Part shown: positions 46,932 through 56,083 of the stretch, one piece after another
How the letters are laid out: each line of letters starts with the position of its first letter
Position numbering within the stretch: position 1 is the stretch's first letter
Assembly (NCBI GenBank): GCA_964527775.1
Contig: CAZGQS010000005.1
Coordinates: forward strand, 2,745-66,744
Source: an uncultured Rhizobium sp.
GTDB taxonomy: Bacteria; Bacteroidota; Bacteroidia; NS11-12g; UBA955
Direction of reading: 5' to 3'
Length of the DNA: 64,000 nt
Program-made: the position numbers and the translations under genes
The notes under the pieces: generated by a model
The model's database searches: none
Seen by the model: the letters and a program-made list of their open reading frames with translations, nothing else
What the model was told of the DNA's origin: nothing

Positions 46932-47651
46932 TTACGCAATGGAGAACCTAGAAATGAGAGTTTTTTTGCCTGATTTTGAGGCTTTCACAGTTTCCCCGTT
47001 GTGAAGTAGAACCTGATTCCCTGAAAGACTGTTTATATGTTTGATATGCACAGCAAACGAACGGTGGGTTCGAATAAAACACTTTGGAAGTTGCTCCAAT
47101 AGTTTTTTGAGATTCTTGGAAACAATATACTGTTTGTTGATCGAATGAACTTTTGTATATGCTCCCAAGCCTTCTAAGACAGTAATGTTATTGAGATTAA
47201 TAAATGTGCTCTCTCCGCGGTCTTTAACAACAAAATACTCACCTACAACCATGTCGGTTTGGTCAATTTCAAGCGCTTTTTTGCATCTGTCAATGCAAGA
47301 TTCTAGATCTACATGGCTTTCTATTTTTTGCACATAATCATTTACTTGAAATTCGCTTTGATTTCTAATAATTAATGATGCCCAGTTAAATTGAGGATCA
47401 ATGATCACTAAGTAAGAAGAATTAAATTTTTTAAGATATACAAATATCAATTCTTCAGACATGTTTTCTGTATCGATCAAAACCAGAGATTTTTTATTCT
47501 GTGAAATTGCTGTCTCACAATCTATAACATGACTATCGTTCAATATAGAAATGGAATGACTACTTTCTTTTGAAAAATGTTTCCATTTGGTGGTGTTATT
47601 TTGATGAGTAATGAGATAAATTTTGATCATAATTGCACAGTTTGTTTTCAT
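46932..47651 (-). CDS. LytTR-family DNA-binding protein with a degenerate receiver-like N-domain
   Basis: The C-terminal LytTR pattern is ...ITVLEGLGAYTKVHS...FIRTHRSFAVHIKHI. The N-terminal part keeps LVLIDT but lacks the usual acidic pair after beta-1 (ITHQNN). An alternative start is MIKIYL at 47630. Confidence 0.8.
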   Translation of the reverse strand: MKTNCAIMIKIYLITHQNNTTKWKHFSKESSHSISILNDSHVIDCETAISQNKKSLVLIDTENMSEELIFVYLKKFNSSYLVIIDPQFNWASLIIRNQSEFQVNDYVQKIESHVDLESCIDRCKKALEIDQTDMVVGEYFVVKDRGESTFINLNNITVLEGLGAYTKVHSINKQYIVSKNLKKLLEQLPKCFIRTHRSFAVHIKHINSLSGNQVLLHNGETVKASKSGKKTLISRFSIA

Positions 47652-47805
47652 TCAACATTGCAAACTTCGGCATTGTATATTATCTTAATAATAGCCTATC
47701 AAAATTCTTATGTAGGATTATGCTGTCGGTGGTTAATCGACCATAATTTATGGTAAAAGTTATGGAAAGTTATGATTGTAGAATATTCTCTATTACCTTA
47801 GCCGT

Positions 47806-49734
47806 ATGAATTTGCTTATCTTGACACAGCGATTGAGGAATCATAGGCACAATTTCCTTGTTTTCTTATTGTTATCTTTTTTACTGGTAGACTGCGGTAA
47901 GAACTCCGGAGTATCTTTTGAGTCATACATGAAAAAAAAATGCACCAATGTAGACAGTATATGGGTGCATTTTGAAAGTCAATCTGACATTATTAAACGT
48001 ACTGAATTTGTAATCAATAAATATAATCAGTTGTCACAGAATTCCGGGTTAAATGATTCGGCAGATAAACTATTGAAAAAACTGACCAAGTTTGCTAAGA
48101 CCAATCCTGATCCTACATTCCTTTGTTATTATTTTTCACTTCAAAAAAATATTGCGTTTCATTCTGGAGATATGAAACACGCTTGGTATTGGCACCACAA
48201 AAGAGTTCCTTTTGAGCCGTTTGCGCCTGTCAACAATAAATTATCAGATGATATTGTGTACGGCAATATGCTTTATATGGAGTCAAGAATTGATAGTGCA
48301 ATTTATGTTTTGCAGAATACATTAAACTTTTCAATAAAAGAGAAAGATACTTTTTACCGACAAACAATTTTGATTAATCTAGGCTCTGCATATTATGATG
48401 TTGGTTTTTTTGGTGCAGCTTCCAATTGCTTTTCACAGGCCTCGTTATTTAATTTTCCTACCCTAGAATACAAACAAGTTCTCTATACCAATTTATTGGC
48501 TTCCTTAAACTCTGAACGGAAATTCAAAGATGTTATTCAGATTGTAAAACAAAATCCAGAACTCTTATCAATGTCAAGTGGTAGAATTGACATGACGCAG
48601 TTATTTCGGCTTAATTATGTATCAGCATTAATATCATCAAAACAAGATATTGCGGAAGTGAAAAAGCAATTAGATTCTGTCGAAAATCATGAAATTAATG
48701 ATCAATTGAAGAGCTTTTATTTGTTTATGAAGGGTAGGTATTTAAGAACTATTAATGACTTGACAAGTTTCAAGAAGCTCTACCTGGATAATTTAACATT
48801 TCTATACAACAGTCAACCAAAAAGCGTCTTAGATCATGCAGAGGGTATACAGTTTGGACTTTCGAGAGGCTTATTTACGGTTGATTTTAATGAGTTTTAC
48901 AAGGAGTATGCCCAGATAACACCCTCAGAAACAAATTATTTACTGTTAGCAAATTACGCAGATATTTTCAATGCAATTAAGAAGCAGCAAGGCAAATTGG
49001 CAGAGGCTAGATCTTGGGAACAGGAAAGTGATAAATTTTTGCTGAAAATGAGCAAAGTCAGTGATGAACTTAGGAATTCAAATATCCAACAGGAAATGGA
49101 AAAAGCTAAAATTCGCCGGCTTTTAGATGAACAAAAATATCAAATTGAAAAAGCCGAAATAAAAGGTAATTGGTTGTTAGCTCTTTCAGTGGTTTTTGGC
49201 GCTCTGCTCATTTCTACGGCCTTGTTTTTATACCAGTTTAATATCAATAGAAAGAAACAGTTAAGTATTTTAGAACTTGAATCAGAGTTGAAAGAAAAAG
49301 AACTTGAACTGCTCAAACAAAATCAAGAAAAACAGCAAAATACGGTCTTTACCTCTAAACTAATTCTTAGTAAAATAGATGAGCTTATTGTCAAAATTAA
49401 AAACTCTAATCTATCAAGCAATCCAACCATGGTTGATATTAAAGTTGAATTGGAACGACTTAAAGATGTAGAATTGCCCTTTGAAACGGAAGATGTTCAG
49501 GAGTCGGATATCTTTGAAAAATACCACTACCTATCAGAGAAATTCCCTTCCTTGGCCGATATCAATTCAACCACTTACAAGATTTTGGTCCTATCAATTT
49601 TGGATAATGCACCCAAAGACATTGCCAATTTGCTGAATTTGAATATGCAATACGTTAGAAATGTTCGTTCAAAACTCAAGAAAGAACTTTCCGAGGAGTT
49701 GGGAGAAGATTGGGACTGGCCAGATTTGGCCTAA
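47806..49734 (+). CDS. Lipoprotein-anchored TPR-like sensor with one TM, a cytoplasmic coiled coil and a C-terminal LuxR/GerE-like HTH (tentative)
   Basis: Lipobox LLVDCG and a long helical-repeat region. The TM segment is WLLALSVVFGALLISTALFLYQF and the coiled coil is ELESELKEKELELLKQNQEKQQ. The tail YKILVLSILDNAPKDIANLLNLNMQYVRNVRSKLKKEL is HTH-like. Confidence 0.55.
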   Translation: MNLLILTQRLRNHRHNFLVFLLLSFLLVDCGKNSGVSFESYMKKKCTNVDSIWVHFESQSDIIKRTEFVINKYNQLSQNSGLNDSADKLLKKLTKFAKTNPDPTFLCYYFSLQKNIAFHSGDMKHAWYWHHKRVPFEPFAPVNNKLSDDIVYGNMLYMESRIDSAIYVLQNTLNFSIKEKDTFYRQTILINLGSAYYDVGFFGAASNCFSQASLFNFPTLEYKQVLYTNLLASLNSERKFKDVIQIVKQNPELLSMSSGRIDMTQLFRLNYVSALISSKQDIAEVKKQLDSVENHEINDQLKSFYLFMKGRYLRTINDLTSFKKLYLDNLTFLYNSQPKSVLDHAEGIQFGLSRGLFTVDFNEFYKEYAQITPSETNYLLLANYADIFNAIKKQQGKLAEARSWEQESDKFLLKMSKVSDELRNSNIQQEMEKAKIRRLLDEQKYQIEKAEIKGNWLLALSVVFGALLISTALFLYQFNINRKKQLSILELESELKEKELELLKQNQEKQQNTVFTSKLILSKIDELIVKIKNSNLSSNPTMVDIKVELERLKDVELPFETEDVQESDIFEKYHYLSEKFPSLADINSTTYKILVLSILDNAPKDIANLLNLNMQYVRNVRSKLKKELSEELGEDWDWPDLA

Positions 49735-49735
49735 T

Positions 49736-49767
49736 AAAAAGGCGACCATTTGTAGGGTCGCCTTTTT
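49736..49767. terminator. Bidirectional rho-independent terminator
   Basis: The sequence is AAAAA GGCGACC atttgta GGGTCGCC TTTTT. It lies between convergent genes ending at 49734 and 49786. Confidence 0.7.
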
Positions 49768-49785
49768 ATGAAAATTATAGAATGA

Positions 49786-50919
49786 TTATGGACTAACTAA
49801 ATTCACGCTCACGTTGAAGTAAAACGGATTAGTCAATGTGTTGGTCATCACATAGGGCTCATCAGACAACAATCCGAAGGCACGGTATATTTCTTTCCCA
49901 TTGGTCAATCTATCAACATCGTAACGGTAGTTAATTCGGTATCCTGCTTGAATAGACATCCAAATGAAATCTTTCAAAGAGAATTCATAAACGGCTCTCA
50001 AACGAATCTCGGCGCGTCTGATTTCTAAGTCTTGATTTCTGATGCTTTCCATGCGGTACAAACGGTAAGATTGTCCTTCCAATTCGTAACCTGCAAAAAG
50101 CATATTACGAGAGTTGATGGTTCTTCTCACGTGCGCTCTAGCTGGGAAAAGCACTTCCGAACCCCATTTGTTCGCGGCATCGGTATGATTGAAGAAGATG
50201 ATGGGAATGTAGTTCAATTCGCCCGCGCGGTAGGTGCGTGCAAGTCCAACTCCCCATTGTTTTCTTTCTGAGGGACGTTTACCGTAAATCAATGCCGCTG
50301 AGTACTTCATGTACTTTGCGGGCATTAAATTCCAGTTATAATCACCACTCATATCTGCCGATCCTTGGAATAACAAGAAATTCTTGTCGCTCAATGGTTT
50401 GAAAATAGTGGTGTTTATTCCCAGGGTTCTCAATCCGTTTGCATACAATGATTTTAACATAGGATTTTCTACGTATCCCACAGCCAATGGGCCTTTATCC
50501 ATGACATTGTATCCGCTTTCCCAATAATTGGCTCCCATTTGCCACACCAACGATGTTTTTGAAACTACCGGAATGTTGCAGGCGAATCGGGCGCCGCTAG
50601 TGGTTGTGGTTTTGCCATTTTCGGGGAAACCTTGGTTGATGTTGTTATTAAAGGTATCCAAATTCATTTGGTAAGGCCCTTGAAAATCAAAGCCGATGCT
50701 GATCAATTTAGCCGGACTTAGACCTTCAATTTTAGGGGAGCAATATCTTTTAGCGCCTTTATCTGCAAATCCAACTTCATCATACATCGAAAAGTCTTCG
50801 TCTTCGGTGGTTGTTTCGGGGGACTTTGTGGTATCTGTCTGTGCCTTTACAGATGCGGTAAGTGCAAAGGCAAAGCAAGCCGCTAATGCGGCTTGCTTGT
50901 GAAGATTCAATAATTTCAT
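49786..50919 (-). CDS. Outer-membrane beta-barrel protein, unknown family
   Basis: It has a signal peptide ending in KAQ and abundant alternating aromatic strands. Confidence 0.5.
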   Translation of the reverse strand: MKLLNLHKQAALAACFAFALTASVKAQTDTTKSPETTTEDEDFSMYDEVGFADKGAKRYCSPKIEGLSPAKLISIGFDFQGPYQMNLDTFNNNINQGFPENGKTTTTSGARFACNIPVVSKTSLVWQMGANYWESGYNVMDKGPLAVGYVENPMLKSLYANGLRTLGINTTIFKPLSDKNFLLFQGSADMSGDYNWNLMPAKYMKYSAALIYGKRPSERKQWGVGLARTYRAGELNYIPIIFFNHTDAANKWGSEVLFPARAHVRRTINSRNMLFAGYELEGQSYRLYRMESIRNQDLEIRRAEIRLRAVYEFSLKDFIWMSIQAGYRINYRYDVDRLTNGKEIYRAFGLLSDEPYVMTNTLTNPFYFNVSVNLVSP

Positions 50920-50922
50920 GGA

Positions 50923-51387
50923 TTACTTTTTCTTGACTTCCAAACGTTTCCAAATATCGGTACGACCTAATGCCGAAACCCCTATATATCCACGGATTTC
51001 CAAAGAGTTTTTGTCGGTCATTTTGATGGTGCAGCTGTAAGTACTGCCGTTCAATGGGTCATAGATGGTACCTTCGGTCCATTCGTCTTTACCTGCATAA
51101 ACGAAGTCTTTCAGCATTCTATATCCCTTAAGAGGAACGTTTTGAAGGTTTGGATCTGGGTTGTTTTTGTCGGTTTTGGGTTGCTTAGTTACTGGATCTA
51201 CAGCTTCTTTAAGCCAAACAATTTTACCGTAATACTTAGCGCCAATTTTCTCCACTTTGACACGTGCACGTCCGTTTGAAGGTTCCCAAACGCCAATAAG
51301 TCTGTCGCCAGCGGCATCTTGGTTAACAAAAGAGCTAAGGATGGTGCCGAAGAAAGCGGCAAATGCGATGAATAATATTTTTTTCAT
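50923..51387 (-). CDS. DUF2147-domain secreted protein
   Basis: The sequence GVWEPSNGRARVKVEKIGAKYYGKIVWLKE...YSCTIKMTDKNSLEIRGYIG matches the DUF2147 pattern as I recall it. Confidence 0.7.
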   Translation of the reverse strand: MKKILFIAFAAFFGTILSSFVNQDAAGDRLIGVWEPSNGRARVKVEKIGAKYYGKIVWLKEAVDPVTKQPKTDKNNPDPNLQNVPLKGYRMLKDFVYAGKDEWTEGTIYDPLNGSTYSCTIKMTDKNSLEIRGYIGVSALGRTDIWKRLEVKKK

Positions 51388-51395
51388 GGGTTTAA

Positions 51396-51908
51396 TTAGT
51401 TGTGTTTTAGTTTGAATTTAATTTCTCCTTTGAAAGAAAGATTGTCTTCGATGTCGGCGTTTAATCCTACGTCAAGAATGATATAGTATTGTTTTTCTTG
51501 GAAGTATTTGCCTGCGTTAGCTTCCCCCGAAGGGTTCAAAACGGCAGTTAGGCTTCCTTCTTTGATTGGATTGATTACACCGAGTTCGAGCATTTTTAGT
51601 TCAGGATTATCTGAAGCTACGCTCAAGACCATAGAGTTGATTCCAGATAAACTTCCTGAATCAATGGGGGAGATGGTTGCTGATGCTAAAGTTGCATCTG
51701 TAATTTTAACGCCTTCATGGTATTTATCTCCAAGCAGGGTTTTAAGGTTAACTGGGTACACCAGCTGAGCAGGGTTGGATCCTTCATAAAGGGGGCCTTC
51801 AAGGGTAAAGGTATCTGTTACGGTAATTTCTGTGGCTTGGTCAGAACTACTACAAGCTGAGAAAAAAGTGATTGCAGCGAGTGCCACACTTAAAAACTTT
51901 AATTTCAT
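51396..51908 (-). CDS. Lipoprotein, unknown function
   Basis: Signal peptide with a lipobox (FFSACSS). I prefer ATG 51908 over the TTG at 51917. Confidence 0.5.
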   Translation of the reverse strand: MKLKFLSVALAAITFFSACSSSDQATEITVTDTFTLEGPLYEGSNPAQLVYPVNLKTLLGDKYHEGVKITDATLASATISPIDSGSLSGINSMVLSVASDNPELKMLELGVINPIKEGSLTAVLNPSGEANAGKYFQEKQYYIILDVGLNADIEDNLSFKGEIKFKLKHN

Positions 51909-51993
51909 AGGGGGCAAGATAGTTCATAGTTTATGAAAAAAGCAAATATGCAGATACACACGATGATGAAACAACTTGATATTATATTTGAAC

Positions 51994-53592
51994 ATGTCAA
52001 ATCTTGAACAAAAATCTTCTGCAGTATTGCTGCCTGCTATTGGTGACTTAGGGAATAAATTTAGGAGTTATTCTTTTTTTAATAATAGTCCGGCGTTTGT
52101 TCCTGTCATTAGTAGGTCAAGTATTTCTTTGGTTCTTGATTTTTACATTGGTAAAAGAATAAAAGTTTATGTCGCTATCGAGTCAGGAATGGAAAACCTG
52201 TTCAGGCAAGAGTTATCCTTCTATGAAGAGAACATTGAGTTTCTAGTATTAGAGAGAACTCTTGGAATTAATGATACGATTGAAAAGTCTTGTCCATTGA
52301 TTTCTGAAAACGATTTAATCATTAATTTGGTAACTAGTATTCCTCGGAAATTAGTTGACTCTAATTCTGCATTAATTGGATATGAAACATTTTCACATAA
52401 TTCTTATTCAGGTGTGAAGATTTTGGAGGATGAAATTTTATTCAAAAGCAAGTTTGATCCGAATATGCTGATAGCAAATCCGTTTCAGGGAATTATGCGA
52501 ACAAGTAAAAATGATATAGAAACGGGCTGTTCTTTAATAAACAATAAACAAGATTTATTGAAATTAGCAGAATGGTTACATTTAAATCGGGAATTGACTT
52601 TTAAATATTCAGAATGGTTAGATACTGGACATGAAGAAAACTATCCAGGTATACGTAAAAAGATTTTATCTTCAAGAAGTTTCAATAGACTTATGTTCAA
52701 TCCAGAAAGTGGACTACTGACAAAAGAAAGTGATAATAAGTTAAAGTTTTTGAATGAAATAGATTATGTGAAAAACTTACCGATAGAATTGCAGGTGTTT
52801 TTCCCTAGAATTATCAAGTTTGATAGGGAGAAACCATCGGTATCAATGGAGTATTATGGATATCCAAATTTAAGTGAGTATCAGTTGTACAGGAGTATAG
52901 ATGGATTTCAGTGGAAGAGGATTTTTGAATTTATAAAACTCTACATTATTCGAAATAGATCATATAAATCTGAAATTTCCAAAGATCAGTTCTTGAGTTT
53001 TACTTACGAAAAGACTAATCAGCGACTTTCAGATTTTTTAGAAAAATCTGAGTTTAAGAATTACGAAAATTTCATAATAAACGGGGTAGGATGTCAGAGT
53101 TTTAGTTTACTTGATGCTTTAGTTAGAGAAAAATTAGAAATAATGTATAATTCAGATTTTCATGTTATTATGCATGGTGATCTTTGTTTTAATAATGTAC
53201 TTTATGATGTTTTTAGTGAAACAATTAGATTTATAGATCCACGAGGTTCCACAAATGAAAATGTGCCATCCATTTTTGGGGATTTGAGATATGATTTAGC
53301 TAAAGTTTTACATTCTGCTGTTGGAAACTATGATTACATGGTTAATAATTTATTTGAACTCAGAATAGATCAGAATGAGATAAATTTCCAATTTCCATTA
53401 AGGCAAAATTCTGATGTCTTAAAGTCAGAGTGTGAACAGATAATTCAAGATTTAAATGTAAATTTGAAGGATGTGTATTTGCTGATGAGTTTATTGTTTT
53501 TGTCAATGACTCCATTGCATTCGGATAATGTTAAACGACAAAAGATAATGTTTGCACAGGGTATTTACTATTTAAATTATTCATTAAAATAA
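51994..53592 (+). CDS. Bifunctional-looking protein: degenerate nucleotidyltransferase-like N-domain plus an APH/choline-kinase-like phosphotransferase C-domain
   Basis: The N-terminal AVLLPAIGDLGNKFRS resembles a degraded (L/I)P.AG.G.R motif. The C-terminal IMHGDLCFNNVLY...IRFIDPRG is the kinase HxDxxxxN...D signature. Confidence 0.6.
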   Translation: MSNLEQKSSAVLLPAIGDLGNKFRSYSFFNNSPAFVPVISRSSISLVLDFYIGKRIKVYVAIESGMENLFRQELSFYEENIEFLVLERTLGINDTIEKSCPLISENDLIINLVTSIPRKLVDSNSALIGYETFSHNSYSGVKILEDEILFKSKFDPNMLIANPFQGIMRTSKNDIETGCSLINNKQDLLKLAEWLHLNRELTFKYSEWLDTGHEENYPGIRKKILSSRSFNRLMFNPESGLLTKESDNKLKFLNEIDYVKNLPIELQVFFPRIIKFDREKPSVSMEYYGYPNLSEYQLYRSIDGFQWKRIFEFIKLYIIRNRSYKSEISKDQFLSFTYEKTNQRLSDFLEKSEFKNYENFIINGVGCQSFSLLDALVREKLEIMYNSDFHVIMHGDLCFNNVLYDVFSETIRFIDPRGSTNENVPSIFGDLRYDLAKVLHSAVGNYDYMVNNLFELRIDQNEINFQFPLRQNSDVLKSECEQIIQDLNVNLKDVYLLMSLLFLSMTPLHSDNVKRQKIMFAQGIYYLNYSLK

Positions 53593-53594
53593 TC

Positions 53595-53969
53595 ATGTAT
53601 AGAATTTGTTTGGATTTGGATGGCGTTATTTGCGAGTTAAAGAAGGAGGGTGAGTCTTACGAAGACTTACTTCCAAGAAAAGGTGCGATTGAGAAAATTA
53701 AGAAGTTAAAGTTGGAAGGTTGTTATATCATAATTCAAACAGCAAGACACATGAAAACTTGTGAAGGCAATTTAGGTAAGGTTGTAGCAAGAATTAGTTC
53801 AATTACTTTAGATTGGCTAAATAAATATGATGTGCCCTTTGATGAGATATATTTTGGTAAGCCATGGGCTGATATATACATAGATGATAATGGTTTTAGG
53901 TTTTCTGAATGGTCAGAATTCCCTGAATCCTATCAAGATTTACCTAGTTCAAAAGAAAATTCAAAATAA
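53595..53969 (+). CDS. Small HAD-superfamily phosphatase (capsule-biosynthesis-phosphatase-like)
   Basis: HAD motif I is CLDLDGVICE, with a later IIQTAR and YIDDN. The 124-aa size is like the EcbF/BcbF-type phosphatases I recall from Pasteurella capsule loci. Confidence 0.65.
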   Translation: MYRICLDLDGVICELKKEGESYEDLLPRKGAIEKIKKLKLEGCYIIIQTARHMKTCEGNLGKVVARISSITLDWLNKYDVPFDEIYFGKPWADIYIDDNGFRFSEWSEFPESYQDLPSSKENSK

Positions 53970-53973
53970 AGTA

Positions 53974-54693
53974 ATGAATTTTGTTATTCCGATGGCTGGA
54001 AGGGGTCAACGTTTTCTGGATCAAGGTTTCAAAGTCCCTAAACCGTTGGTTGAAAGTAATGGCAAAACTTTGTTGGAGTGGAGTATTGACTCTTTGCCGT
54101 TGGAATTGTGTTCTCGATTAATATGTATTGTGCTAGAAGAGCATTGTGATAAGTTTAATCTTGATGATTTCCTCGTTAGCAAATATGGAAACAAGAAGTT
54201 TGAGTTACATATTTTGAAAATTCCAACCGTAACTAAAGGACAAGCAGAAACTGTATACTATTCAAGAGATCTTTGGGATATGAATGAAGGTTTAGCCATA
54301 TTCAATGCGGATACTGCTTTTAAGTCGTCAAATTTATCAAACGTTTTGAATTATATGTCGCATGATGGAATGTTGTGCAGTTTCAACTCGACCGAAGATA
54401 GATTTAGCTATGCTAAAATAGATGAGTATTCTGGATTTGTATCTGAAACAAAAGAAAAGGAAGTTATTTCAAATTACGCACTTAATGGATTTTATCACTT
54501 TTCCAAGCCTTCAGATTTTAATGAAGCTTTTGAGTTTTACAAGGCTAATGGGTTGAAGGTGAATAATGAATTTTATGTCGCACCGTTATATAATTTTTTA
54601 ATTGATAGAGGAAGGCGGTTCACTATAGTTGAGGTAGATGAGAATTACATATTAGGGACGCCCGAGGAATTGCAATTATTCGATCCAAAATGA
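53974..54693 (+). CDS. Sugar-phosphate nucleotidyltransferase (GT-A-like NTP transferase)
   Basis: The N-terminal MNFVIPMAGRGQRF signature motif is present. I place the start at ATG 53974 rather than the track start 53884. Confidence 0.75.
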   Translation: MNFVIPMAGRGQRFLDQGFKVPKPLVESNGKTLLEWSIDSLPLELCSRLICIVLEEHCDKFNLDDFLVSKYGNKKFELHILKIPTVTKGQAETVYYSRDLWDMNEGLAIFNADTAFKSSNLSNVLNYMSHDGMLCSFNSTEDRFSYAKIDEYSGFVSETKEKEVISNYALNGFYHFSKPSDFNEAFEFYKANGLKVNNEFYVAPLYNFLIDRGRRFTIVEVDENYILGTPEELQLFDPK

Positions 54694-55646
54694 GTGTAAA
54701 GCTTTTATTTAGTATTCCTGTTCACGAGAAACCAGAGGTCATAAGAAATCAAATCGATAATTTCTTATTTTTCAACCCTAGTTCTGTCATCATACTTCAT
54801 TTATCGAAACAAATGAGTGAGAGTGATGTTGAAAACTTGAAATACTTCATCAAAGATTTAAATTCAGTATTTGTTAATTCTGAGAGATTTTTCAGTGGGT
54901 GGGGAGATGGATCATTAATAAAAATTCATCTGAGTAATTTTGAGTTTGCCATAAATTCAAATATTGAATTTACGCATTGTTGTTTACACGCGTCAAATGA
55001 TATGTTTGTGAGAAGAGGGCTTGATTTGTGGGTTGATGGATTTGACGCTGGATTTGATATGATTAACCAAGGTAGAAAAAATCCAGTATATCAACAGATT
55101 GATCATTTTTCGCGTGATTTATCCAGCAGAATATTGTCAAAAAAATATAAAATTCAAAAAGTTCTTGGTAGTCAGATAGAAGGCTCATTTTACTCAAGAG
55201 AACTTATATTGAAATTGCTTGAAAGAGTAAATGCACATAGTTTGTGGGATATCCCTTATATCTTCTCCATGGGCCTACATCCTTTATCTTCTTGGAGATA
55301 TAAGATTTATTTGTGGACTGAAAGAATTTTAAGGTATGCTCGATCCCCCGTTAAAATTACTATTTTTTGCAGAGAGGAGGTTTATTTCCCTACGATGATT
55401 TATGAGTTTATTAGGAAGCCTAGGCCTTTCAATTATTGTTATATTAATTGGTCTAACGGATTAAAATTGTCAGATGAGGAGATAAATCACTGCGCAAATA
55501 GTAATGATGATTTATTGATAAAGTTGAAGGATTTTGATGTTTCACTTGAGTTGACTAAGGAGTTGAAATTTTTTGCTGTAAAGAGAATTGAGCGGGATAT
55601 CAACGATAATCAGAGAATTAAAATATCTGAAATGAAGAATCTATGA
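54690..55646 (+). CDS. Hypothetical protein (possibly a GT-A-like transferase)
   Basis: It has a 4-nt ATGA overlap with the nucleotidyltransferase gene. The N-terminal LFSIPVHEKPEVIRNQIDNFLFF vaguely resembles branching-type glycosyltransferases, but there is no firm motif. Confidence 0.35.
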   Translation: MSVKLLFSIPVHEKPEVIRNQIDNFLFFNPSSVIILHLSKQMSESDVENLKYFIKDLNSVFVNSERFFSGWGDGSLIKIHLSNFEFAINSNIEFTHCCLHASNDMFVRRGLDLWVDGFDAGFDMINQGRKNPVYQQIDHFSRDLSSRILSKKYKIQKVLGSQIEGSFYSRELILKLLERVNAHSLWDIPYIFSMGLHPLSSWRYKIYLWTERILRYARSPVKITIFCREEVYFPTMIYEFIRKPRPFNYCYINWSNGLKLSDEEINHCANSNDDLLIKLKDFDVSLELTKELKFFAVKRIERDINDNQRIKISEMKNL

Positions 55647-55905
55647 ATTTTCAATAAAAAGGTTTCTAGCATCAAATAAATTGGCAAATCTAGATTTCAT
55701 ATTGGCATAAGTAATTTCTTAAACGGCCTAATTTTTATTTGGATCAATGAAAATATTTAATCCAAGCGTTCATTTTGTCAATATACTCAGGGTAAAATTT
55801 TGAAAAAGCACTTTTTGCCAATATAGCTCTTACACGTACCAAGAAATCCCTTGTAAACACTGGGAAAGGCATAAAAAAAGCCACCTAAAAAGATGGCTTT
55901 GAGTG

Positions 55906-55979
55906 GTGCACGCGTAGGGATTAGCTCCGATGAACCCAACTGTTTAGTTCTGCAATAGCAAAAGTCCATCGCTACGCGC
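55906..55979 (-). pseudogene. Degenerate tRNA-Arg-like copy (tRNA pseudogene or remnant)
   Basis: It shares an exact 17-nt GTGCACGCGTAGGGATT with the 3' end of the adjacent tRNA-Arg. It keeps a 7-bp acceptor-like pairing (GCGCGTA/TACGCGT), but the D, anticodon and T loops do not fold canonically. Confidence 0.5.
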
Positions 55980-56035
55980 TGGCTTTTTTTATGGCACTAA
56001 GCTCACTTGATCAGTAGATCAGACTCGCTCAAAGC

Positions 56036-56069
56036 CATAAAAAAAGTCCTCAACTTCTGGTTGAGGACT
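56036..56069 (-). terminator. Hairpin terminator downstream of tRNA-Arg
   Basis: AGTCCTCAAC ttctg GTTGAGGACT forms the stem, flanked by an A-run on the plus strand (a T-run on the minus strand). Confidence 0.5.
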
Positions 56070-56083
56070 TTTGCTTTTGATCG

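Noticed and set aside
55787-55969. 60-aa minus-strand ORF
   Set aside because: It overlaps the degenerate tRNA-like element and a terminator hairpin. It is short and has no motif.
55906-55979. Second functional tRNA gene next to tRNA-Arg
   Set aside because: Only the acceptor stem pairs. I found no 5-bp anticodon stem with a 7-nt loop, and the T-loop lacks the TTCGAAT-type sequence. I treat it as a remnant.
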